A stretch of 64,000 nt of DNA, from NCBI GenBank assembly GCA_963796275.1, contig CAWCKY010000006.1, positions 2,016,001-2,080,000 of the forward strand, in the 5' to 3' direction. Below, piece after piece: positions 54,401 through 62,034 of the stretch. Numbering within the stretch: the stretch's first letter is position 1; each line of letters begins with the position of its first letter. The notes beneath the pieces were generated by a model. It saw only the letters and a list, made by a program, of their open reading frames with translations, made no database searches and had not been told where the DNA came from. This DNA comes from an uncultured Acidobacteriota bacterium. GTDB lineage: Bacteria > Acidobacteriota > Blastocatellia > RBC074. A program made the position numbers and the translations under genes.

Positions 54401-54779
54401 GCCGGATCAGCTGCGCAACCCCAACATCTCAAATCGCACGATCGACTCCTGGTTCGATCCGAGCGCCTTTGCGGCCCCACCGATCGGCCGTTTCGGCAAT
54501 TCCGCCCGCGGAGTAATCATCGGTCCCGGCACCAACGTGTGGCACGTGGGCTTCCACAAGTATTTCGCCTTCGCGGATAACCCGCGCATTCCCAGGTTCC
54601 GCGTTGAGTTGACTTCCACCAACTTTTTCAATCATCCTAATTGGGTCAATCCAAATACTATCCTTTCTGATAGGGGAGCTGTCGGGACCATTCAGGGGGT
54701 GGGTGGTCCAAACACCGCTTCTACGGGTGATCGTGCAGGCCAGCGTTCATTACAATTGGGTTTGCGGATTGAATGGTGA
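51483..54779 (+). CDS. TonB-dependent receptor (Oar-type)
   Basis: GGAGG RBS; KSGDNDFHGS, QDDWKITPRLTVNLGLRYE, RSLQLGLRIEW. Confidence 0.93.
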   Translation: MRKLLCLLGVLVIVCAAPMLLCAQTTYATITGTVTDANGAILPGVRISARNVETNISSETVSNGEGVYTITQLREGTYALSAQANGFREFIAQDVLLVARDVRRLEIKLAPGEMRDSVQVTAGAALIETETPRLGDTRTADQLKTLPLNTRGVWAYLSLTPMLVQRGGTVSFSGSRSNQSQWSVDGTTMSDGVDENAIGPLANFIESFKEVKIDLANNSSEFGTLGFVTVISKSGDNDFHGSVFDYYSSPILRARNPFATQRDAGVFHTIGFSAGGPIYLPKLYNGKDRTFWFISAETITGSQATANLNPSVPLEAWRRGDFSALGIQLRNPITNEIYTDGKLPPGVINPVSQKIQERFYPLPNFGDVNTFTAGNFRQTVQRPFDKPNYMVGRVDQRLGSKDNIYARYTVNQQVVGLWEGNLPSFGPRRQFRRNKTLSVSYGHTFSPTLLNEVRFGHTFNNNPLEGPLNGLEVIKDLGIEGLAEDLPNVGGVFRVGFAGIGLTGLSQINWNRPGFLNKIRQLQDQVSYFRGKHSLKMGAEVRKVRWDDAIAGNSLFGNVTFANTYSSVPGVPNSGHPYADFLLGFPTSASREFPPLLIERSRWMYDFFFQDDWKITPRLTVNLGLRYEYHPVWQEGNGRQAIFDIESGKIAVADEGFSKLSTLVPSGYVDIVKASSLGLPSWTLVRPDKNNFAPRIGIAYRLSNHTVVRSGYGIYYDTVPINPSAGGVPFRISEPGYSNTTPKPTLSLPDAFPDAGPVGPSTINLPAAINPNLKFPYSQQWNLTVEHERWNTGFRFSYVGTNTRQMRYSFNINAPAIDDRLYINKPRRFPKYPGISYVDNGANHNYHAMSLEAERKLAKGLFFQTSYTWSRDVGDATDGSIENPFDRGRERAVDQSIPTHRFNNAVIYELPIGSSKRWLSHAPRALDMAIGGWQISAITYFQSGMFLTPTISIPDPTGTAHTDSANRPQVTIRPDQLRNPNISNRTIDSWFDPSAFAAPPIGRFGNSARGVIIGPGTNVWHVGFHKYFAFADNPRIPRFRVELTSTNFFNHPNWVNPNTILSDRGAVGTIQGVGGPNTASTGDRAGQRSLQLGLRIEW

Positions 54780-54910
54780 GGCGAGGCAGTGACTCTTGCT
54801 TCACTCTTATCGACAAACGAGAGAGATGCAGCGCGATAGAGAACAGATAAGAGGGGTTAGTTCTATGCAGTGCTATATCTCCTTATCTCCCATTATCCCT
54901 CTGTGCCGAT

Positions 54911-56176
54911 ATGGCTAATATTGAGGTGACCATTTTGCAGGCTGAGATCAAAGAAATCCCTTCGACTTCCGCTTCCGTTTCAGCGCAGGAAGCCCGCTCT
55001 TCACCGGCGCCGGTAGCGCGAAATGTTGCTATCGATGCATACCGCGGCTTCGTCATGTTGTTGATGATGGCTGAAGTATTGCGGTTGGCACAGGTGTCAC
55101 GTTCATTTCCGGAGAATTGGTTCTGGGCCATCCTGGCCTTCAATCAGTCTCATGTCGAATGGGCCGGATGTTCGCTGCACGATCTGATCCAGCCGTCGTT
55201 CTCTTTTCTAGTGGGAGTCGCACTGCCATACTCCATCGCCAGTCGCCTGGCAAAGGGGAAGACCTTCAACCAACTCTTCGTTCATGCGCTCTGGCGCGCG
55301 CTGCTGCTCGTTTGGCTCGGCATCTTCCTGCGTTCTCTTTCCCGCGACCAGACCAATTTCACGTTCGAAGATACGCTGACGCAGATCGGTCTTGGCTACC
55401 CGATCCTCTTTCTGCTCGGCTTCAAACCGCCGAGATGGCAGTGGATCGCCTTCGGCGCCATCCTCTTCGGTTACTGGCTCGCCTGGGCGCTTTATCCCAC
55501 GCCAGGTCCCGGATTCGACTATCAGGCCGTGGGCGTTTCAGCCGACTGGACACACAACTTCACCGGGTTTGCTGCTCATTGGAACAAGAACAGCAACCTC
55601 GGCGCTGCATTCGATCAGTGGTTCCTGAACCTCTTTCCCCGGTCGCAGCCGTTTATTGCTAATCGCGGCGGGTATCTTACCCTCAGCTTCATTCCCACAC
55701 TGGGCACGATGATTCTTGGGCTCGTGGCTGGCCGCTGGCTGCGAGAGGCCGGTCCACGCATTCCCATGAAGCGCCTGATCATCGCGGGGATCATAGGTAT
55801 CGCTGCGGGAGCGCTATTTCATTTCACCGGCATCTGCCCCATCGTGAAACGCATCTGGACGCCGAGCTGGACTCTCTTCAGCGGCGGCATCTGCTTCCTC
55901 TTTGTTGCCGTATTTAGCTGGATCATCGATATCCGAGGCTATCGTAGATGGGCTTTCCCTCTGGTGGTGATCGGCATGAACTCCATCGGTGCCTACCTGA
56001 TTGCTCATCTTTTCGAGGAGTTCATTATCCGTTCATTTCACACTCACCTGAGCCCGGATGTATTCAAGCTTTTCGGAGGCTCGCTCGAGCCTTTCATCGC
56101 AGGGGTGGCCGTTCTCTCTGTTTACTGGCTGATCCTCTTCTGGATGTACCGACGCAAGCTTTTCCTGAAAATTTGA
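54911..56176 (+). CDS. HGSNAT/NagX-like (DUF5009-type) multi-pass acyltransferase family protein
   Basis: [58 protein letters not shown]. Confidence 0.85.
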   Translation: MANIEVTILQAEIKEIPSTSASVSAQEARSSPAPVARNVAIDAYRGFVMLLMMAEVLRLAQVSRSFPENWFWAILAFNQSHVEWAGCSLHDLIQPSFSFLVGVALPYSIASRLAKGKTFNQLFVHALWRALLLVWLGIFLRSLSRDQTNFTFEDTLTQIGLGYPILFLLGFKPPRWQWIAFGAILFGYWLAWALYPTPGPGFDYQAVGVSADWTHNFTGFAAHWNKNSNLGAAFDQWFLNLFPRSQPFIANRGGYLTLSFIPTLGTMILGLVAGRWLREAGPRIPMKRLIIAGIIGIAAGALFHFTGICPIVKRIWTPSWTLFSGGICFLFVAVFSWIIDIRGYRRWAFPLVVIGMNSIGAYLIAHLFEEFIIRSFHTHLSPDVFKLFGGSLEPFIAGVAVLSVYWLILFWMYRRKLFLKI

Positions 56177-56209
56177 TGGAAGAAAAAATTGCCCGTTCTG
56201 TTTTCTGGG

Positions 56210-56232
56210 AAGGGAGCCGTGCGGCTCCCTTT
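56210..56232. terminator. Intrinsic terminator hairpin between convergent genes
   Basis: aagggagcc-gtgc-ggctccctt followed by T. Confidence 0.65.
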
Positions 56233-56312
56233 CTACACAATTGCCATCTTGATTGCTGGCACTGGTCAGATGGTGATGAGACGCTGGGGGGACGCCTTGG
56301 TACAACCGGCGG

Positions 56313-58244
56313 CTAATTGGCCGGGGCGAAGACATAAACCGATCCTTGATCCTCGCCCGCTTTGCCATCATCAAGCGGCGCGCCGACCACGATCGTGCTT
56401 CCGCTGATCGCCACTGAGTTACCGAACTGGTCAAATGCCGCCGCGTCCGCGGCTTCCAACTTCTGCTGCTGGGTCCAGACTCCATCGGTGCGCACAAAGA
56501 CATAGGCTGAGCCTTGCAGGAAGCCTGCTGCGCCATCATCACCCGACGCGCCGACCACGACCGTCTCCCCGTTGATCGCCACCGAGTTGCCGAACTGATC
56601 GAATAACGCCGCATCCGCGGCCTCCAGCTTCTGCTGCTGAGTCCAGACTCCATCGGTGCGCACAAAGACATAGGCTGAGCCTTGCAGGCTGCCCGCTGCG
56701 CCATCATCGAGCCACGCGCCGACCACGACCGTGCTCCCGCTGATTGCCACCGAGTTGCCGAACTGGTCAAATTCTGCCGCGTCCGCGGCCTCCAGTTTCT
56801 GCTGTTGAGTCCAGACTCCATCGGTGCGCACAAAGACATAGGCCGAGCCCTGATCGCGGCCCGCTGCGCCATCATCACCCGACGTGCCGACCACGACCGT
56901 CTCCCCGTTGATCGCCACCGAGTTGCCGAACTGGTCAAATTCTGCCGCGTCCGCGGCCACCAGTTTCTGTTGCTGAATCCAGACTCCGCCGCTGCGCACA
57001 AAGACATAAGCCGAGCCTTCTAGGAGGCGTGCTCCACTATCCCGTCGCGCGCCGACTAAGACCGTCTCACCGCTGATCGCCACCGAGTAGCCGAACAGGC
57101 CATCTCCCCTTGAGTCCGCGGCCACCAGCTTCTGCTGCTCGGTCCAGACTCCATAACTGCGCACAAAGACATAGGCCGAATCAGCTAAACTCGCGCCGAC
57201 CACGACCGTCTCCCCGCTGATCGCCACCGAGTTGCCGAAGTTGTCACCTGGCGCTGCATCCGCCGCCACCAGTTTCTGCTGTTGGGTCCAGACTCCTCCG
57301 CTGAGCACAAAGACATAAGCCGATCCCGAATCGCTGTCCACTGAACCATCATCAAGAACTCTGCCGACCACGACCGTCTCCCCGCTGATCGCCACCGAGT
57401 AGCCGAACCGGTCATCTCCCAGCGCGTCCGCGGCCTCCAGCTTCTGCTGTTGCGTGAAGATCGGATCGATCGTCACCGGATAGATCGCATCTTCATCCGT
57501 CACTTCCAGCTTCACCTCATCTCCGGTCAACTTCATCCGCGCCCTCAGTTCTCGCCCCATCGCATCGAACGCGTGCAGCCTGTCATAGCGCAACCCTTCT
57601 CCCTTACCTGTTCTATTCATCAGGATCGCCTCCCCACTTTCCACCTGACTCGCCTGCAAATCTCCGCTCAACTTCAGCCACAGATTCAACTTCTCTCCCG
57701 CCCTTCTCTCGCCGGGGGCTTGCCGGATTGTGAAGCCCTGCTCCAGACCGTCAGCCCGGTTGACGTACCACTCGCTCAGCGTGCCGCCCTCGCCCGTCCG
57801 CCTCTCATACTCAATCCGATCGCCGCTGGCTTTGAGGCCGGCGTAGGTCACGACCTTCTTCGCCGACCCGTAGCCGTAGCCGGTCAGCTTCATTTCCAGA
57901 CGCCAGTCCTGTCCAGTCCGGCTAGCTCCCCGCACCTCCACGCCTTCTCGCGTAAAGATGGTTCGGTAGCCCTGCTTGGGGTTGGAAGCTTCGTAATTTC
58001 CTCCTTTCCGCTCATCGATCTCATAGCGGGCTGCCGTCATTGCGGCTGAAAGCGAATGGTAGAGGCCTGTTTGTTTGAGATGTCCGATCGCCGCCTCGCC
58101 ACGCAGGTTCGGCAACAGTGGAGTGGCTTTGCCGTCTGATCCGGCGCCGGCGGTCCGACCCACCGTCATGCTGATGTAGCAGCCGATCAGGACTATCACC
58201 ACAATGATCAGAAAGCGCGTTATGTGAGTATGTTGATTCTTCAA
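56313..58244 (-). CDS. Secreted FG-GAP repeat protein (7-blade integrin-like beta-propeller plus N-terminal domain)
   Basis: AAGGAG RBS + TTG; N-terminal hydrophobic segment; EWYVN..GLEQGF, YPVTIDP; seven QQKL.AAD....FG.SVAI.G.TVVVG..GSAYVF repeats; 168-nt DNA repeats at 56400-56990. Confidence 0.9.
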   Translation of the reverse strand: MKNQHTHITRFLIIVVIVLIGCYISMTVGRTAGAGSDGKATPLLPNLRGEAAIGHLKQTGLYHSLSAAMTAARYEIDERKGGNYEASNPKQGYRTIFTREGVEVRGASRTGQDWRLEMKLTGYGYGSAKKVVTYAGLKASGDRIEYERRTGEGGTLSEWYVNRADGLEQGFTIRQAPGERRAGEKLNLWLKLSGDLQASQVESGEAILMNRTGKGEGLRYDRLHAFDAMGRELRARMKLTGDEVKLEVTDEDAIYPVTIDPIFTQQQKLEAADALGDDRFGYSVAISGETVVVGRVLDDGSVDSDSGSAYVFVLSGGVWTQQQKLVAADAAPGDNFGNSVAISGETVVVGASLADSAYVFVRSYGVWTEQQKLVAADSRGDGLFGYSVAISGETVLVGARRDSGARLLEGSAYVFVRSGGVWIQQQKLVAADAAEFDQFGNSVAINGETVVVGTSGDDGAAGRDQGSAYVFVRTDGVWTQQQKLEAADAAEFDQFGNSVAISGSTVVVGAWLDDGAAGSLQGSAYVFVRTDGVWTQQQKLEAADAALFDQFGNSVAINGETVVVGASGDDGAAGFLQGSAYVFVRTDGVWTQQQKLEAADAAAFDQFGNSVAISGSTIVVGAPLDDGKAGEDQGSVYVFAPAN

Positions 58245-58648
58245 TGGCTATCTCCTTGTCTTATTGATTGGCAGAGTTGACCAACGATTAGCGGTCAAAG
58301 ATATCTGCCGTGATTAAACGGATGAGGTAATAACTGATCTCGACTTGTGATCGATTCCCGGGGGTCGACAGAGAGGCTCGGATATCGGGCACAATACAAG
58401 ACGATTGCTGTATCTGTGTAATAACAAGCGGTTAATTGCAGAATTAACGATCGCGTCTCGAACTGAGCGGGTCACGCAGCGATAGTTGAATTACAGTGCA
58501 GGCGGGAATGACCAGCCTTTCATCGCTCGATTGTCCGTAGGTGAGCGAATAGAGCAGAGTTATCGAGCAAAGAGACAAAAATATTCTACTGAGCATCTCA
58601 GACCTCCTCGAGATTCCGAATTAGAGCCTGCCGGCAGACTCGCCAGAT

Positions 58649-61600
58649 TTAAAACAGAAGTTTTACTGAAAATTGGATTGAGCGCGGCCCGCCCGCCTGG
58701 TACAGCGAGTTGAGACCGCCGATGATCCCCGTGCTCCCTCCGCCCCTTCCCACCATCGATTGTGAAAGTCCGAAAGACGGATTGGGAATTGAAGGTAGGA
58801 GCAGACCGCTTGAATAACGGCTGTAGAGTGTTGTCACAGGATTGCTGAAATTGGGATGGTTGAAGATGTTGAAGATGTCGGCCTTGAATTGGAGTCCGAC
58901 CTTCTCCGTCAGACTGAAGCTTCGTCGCAGCGAGATATCCATCTGATGGAAAGGAGATCCGCGAAGCGCGTTACGCCCCAGTGTCCCTTGTCTGGAACGA
59001 TCTTCCGAAATTTCGGCTAAGATCGGCTGCGGGGAGAATGCCGCCGGGTTGATTCGCTCTCCACCGGGCGCTGCAGGATCCTTGAGATAAAGAGGCACGC
59101 CGGGGATCAAGTTCGGTCGAAGCGTTTCCCACGCCTTGCCCATAACCGGCGACCATATGGCTCCGCTCCCGGTCACGACAACGTTGACGGGCAACGCCGA
59201 TTGCGCACGGATGATCGAATCGACCGACCATCCCCGCAGGAGTGGCCCGACGAACCTGTTTGCACCAAATACCGGTAGATCATACGTAAATGCGCCGGAG
59301 AAGAGATGGCGCACATCAAAATCGGAATCTCCCTTATATACCCCCGATATCCACTGATTCTCGTCGGAGACGATATCTATCGAATGCGACCAGGTGTAAC
59401 TGGCGAGCGCCTGCAGCCTTCGCGAGAGACGGCGCTGAAATTGAAGCTGCAGCGAGTGGTAATCCGAACGGGCACGATTTGTTATCGCGTCAAACACAGC
59501 AAATTCAGGGTTGGGATTATTGATGGTTTGCCCCATCACCAGACGGCGCCCCTGGGCCGCCACATAGGTTGCTGATAAGGTCTGGTTTGAGCCAAGCGAC
59601 TGCTCGACGGCGAGATTCCATTGGACAGTGTATGGCAGCTTCAAATCAGGATTGACGACGGTAAGGGAACTGTATGGAGGCTGAGGTTCCGCAGGAGGCG
59701 GAGGCATAGCCCTCGACGGCGCCACCGGGAACGGTTCGCCATTCAGCAGCTCATATCTGCTGAATGGCATGCCATCATAGCCCGCCACCGCATAACCCGG
59801 ACCGAGATCATAGAAGATACCGAACCCTCCCCGAAGAATGGTTTCGCGATTCCGGGTTTGTGAGAGTTGATATGCCACTCCGAGGCGTGGGGCGATGTTG
59901 CCATAGCCGGTCTTCCACAACCTGCTATTTTTAGGCGCCAGTCTCATGGTGGCCGGATCATCCAACCCGGTTACCGTATATGGCAGGCCTCCGCTGGCTG
60001 CCGATGGCGAGGGATTCACCTCCCAACGCATCCCGTAGGTCAGGGTCAACCGGCGACCGGTTCTCCAGGCATCCTGCCAGAAGGCCGAGAAATTGTTGAA
60101 TAGAGGTTCCGCTTCGTCTCTTGCGTTTAGAACGACGGAAGCCTTTCCAGTTTTGAGCGCAGTAGCGCCGCTGAAGGTACTCCATTGCCGATAGACCGGA
60201 GGCTCATAACTTGGCGACAATCGCCGGTAATCGATGCCGAACTTGAGTTGATGTTTTCCGGTCACCACTGAAAGAGTATCGACCAGGTTGATCTGGCGCT
60301 GAAGATGCTTCACATTTCTCCCCACCTTGATTGCAGCATCTGACAAGGAAATATCGATCCCAGGGACTCCTGAAACTCCAGCAACCTGGCCGGTCGGGGG
60401 CCGAGGCACCTCCCTCTCTCTCCCCGCCTCGATTCCGGCATCTAGTCCGGCAGCTAGCCTGGGAGACCTGAGCCCAAAGGCCACTTGAGAGTTATCCGGG
60501 GACGCAAATGCAGGAAAGACCTGTGAATCGGCCAGAGGAACGCCGCCGCCGAAAGAGTCGAGCGAAGATGAATCGTTATACGCGGTCCGACTGTAGTTGA
60601 ATCTGAAATCGTTGGCTATCTCCGGCCCTATCGAGAGGGTTCCTCCGAAAGTCAGCGTCCTGGTATTGAGCGTCGTACGGTCGAGGACGCTTGGAGTCCT
60701 GGTCCAGCGAGTTACATTTTCAGAAGGCGCATGGTTATACCTGCCGAATACCAGCAATCGATTATTGATGGTGTGGTCTATCCGGATACTCGTCGCGTCC
60801 AATACTGATGGAGTTGAGTAGCTTGCGGTAAATTTAGCCAATCCGGTATTCGGATCCTCGGGGCCGTTCGGAATGGGAAAGGCATCCAGGTACGGCCTGA
60901 TCGGCGCGGCGGCTTTTCGTCGAACGCTGAGCGAGGGAACTTCCGTGACTGCGACCTGGGGTTGTCGGATCCGCATCCCTTCATATGAAAAGAAGAAGAA
61001 GATGCGCCGGCTGTTGTATAAATGGGGGGTGCCATTTTTGAATCGCGGTAACAAGAGAGGACCGCCCAGCACCGCACCGAAATCGTTCTGCCTGAGGGGC
61101 GGCTTCTCCAATCCGCTACGGTTGGCGAACCAGTCGTTGGCATCGAGCGCCTCATTACGTAAATGATCGAATAACATGCCGTGAAATTCGTTCGTTCCCG
61201 AGCGCGTTACGATCGAAATCTGCCCGCCGGCAGCGCGGCCGAACTCGGACGAGCCGGCAGATGTCAGAATCTTGAACTCTTGTAGGGAGCCGAGAGATAC
61301 CAGATTATTGAAGCCGCCGAAGACAGTCAGTCCGGGCAGCGCGCCAATCATAGCCGGGCCAGGGGAGAGAGTATTGCCCGCGGCGATGTTGGCACTGACG
61401 CCGTCGATCATCAGGTAATTGGCGGTGGGTCGCTGGCCATTGATGCTATATGCCCACCCGGAAGCGATGCTGCTCGATGCGATTGGCACTGTCCCCGGTG
61501 TCAGCGCTAGCAGCTGTAGAAAGTTCTGCCCGTTAACCGGCAGGTTCGCGACAAAATGTTGGTCGATAACCGTGCTCACAGCGGCAGTGTCACGAAGACC

Positions 61601-62032
61601 GGCATCCGCTTTGATCACCACGGTCTCGTTGATCCCGCCCACTTTCAAACGGATCCTGATCGAGCGAGGATCGTTGACATTGAGCGTCAGGTTCTCGATG
61701 ATGACGGCGCCAAACCCCTCCCGCGTAACTGTAACTTGATAGTCGCCCGGCAGCAAAAAATGGAAAGTGAATATCCCCTCCTCATGGGTCTTTGTTTCGC
61801 GTTGAAATCCGGTGGCCGGGTTTAGCAAGGTGACACCGGCGCCGGCGATAATGGCATCTTTCTCGTCAATGACCAGGCCGCTCAGTGAGGTGGTCGCCTG
61901 AGCCAGGACAACCGAGGAAGGGCGTTCGCTCGACTCGCCGGCCGCCAGGCCGAAACTGACGATGAGGAGGACCAAGATGGCCATGTGCTTGAATTCTGTT
62001 TTTCCAATGGTTCGGTTTCGACAACTCATCAT
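58649..62032 (-). CDS. TonB-dependent receptor (Oar-type)
   Basis: LPVNGQNF, NGQRPTANY, RSGTNEFHG, QDAWR..RRLTLTYGMRWE, YQAGGPRSIQFSVKLLF; ATG 2 nt after the upstream stop. Confidence 0.92.
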   Translation of the reverse strand: MMSCRNRTIGKTEFKHMAILVLLIVSFGLAAGESSERPSSVVLAQATTSLSGLVIDEKDAIIAGAGVTLLNPATGFQRETKTHEEGIFTFHFLLPGDYQVTVTREGFGAVIIENLTLNVNDPRSIRIRLKVGGINETVVIKADAGLRDTAAVSTVIDQHFVANLPVNGQNFLQLLALTPGTVPIASSSIASGWAYSINGQRPTANYLMIDGVSANIAAGNTLSPGPAMIGALPGLTVFGGFNNLVSLGSLQEFKILTSAGSSEFGRAAGGQISIVTRSGTNEFHGMLFDHLRNEALDANDWFANRSGLEKPPLRQNDFGAVLGGPLLLPRFKNGTPHLYNSRRIFFFFSYEGMRIRQPQVAVTEVPSLSVRRKAAAPIRPYLDAFPIPNGPEDPNTGLAKFTASYSTPSVLDATSIRIDHTINNRLLVFGRYNHAPSENVTRWTRTPSVLDRTTLNTRTLTFGGTLSIGPEIANDFRFNYSRTAYNDSSSLDSFGGGVPLADSQVFPAFASPDNSQVAFGLRSPRLAAGLDAGIEAGREREVPRPPTGQVAGVSGVPGIDISLSDAAIKVGRNVKHLQRQINLVDTLSVVTGKHQLKFGIDYRRLSPSYEPPVYRQWSTFSGATALKTGKASVVLNARDEAEPLFNNFSAFWQDAWRTGRRLTLTYGMRWEVNPSPSAASGGLPYTVTGLDDPATMRLAPKNSRLWKTGYGNIAPRLGVAYQLSQTRNRETILRGGFGIFYDLGPGYAVAGYDGMPFSRYELLNGEPFPVAPSRAMPPPPAEPQPPYSSLTVVNPDLKLPYTVQWNLAVEQSLGSNQTLSATYVAAQGRRLVMGQTINNPNPEFAVFDAITNRARSDYHSLQLQFQRRLSRRLQALASYTWSHSIDIVSDENQWISGVYKGDSDFDVRHLFSGAFTYDLPVFGANRFVGPLLRGWSVDSIIRAQSALPVNVVVTGSGAIWSPVMGKAWETLRPNLIPGVPLYLKDPAAPGGERINPAAFSPQPILAEISEDRSRQGTLGRNALRGSPFHQMDISLRRSFSLTEKVGLQFKADIFNIFNHPNFSNPVTTLYSRYSSGLLLPSIPNPSFGLSQSMVGRGGGSTGIIGGLNSLYQAGGPRSIQFSVKLLF

Positions 62033-62034
62033 TC

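Noticed and set aside
56400-56990. DGR template/variable repeat pair
   Set aside because: The repeats are in-frame tandem protein blades, differences are not adenine-specific, and no reverse transcriptase is present.
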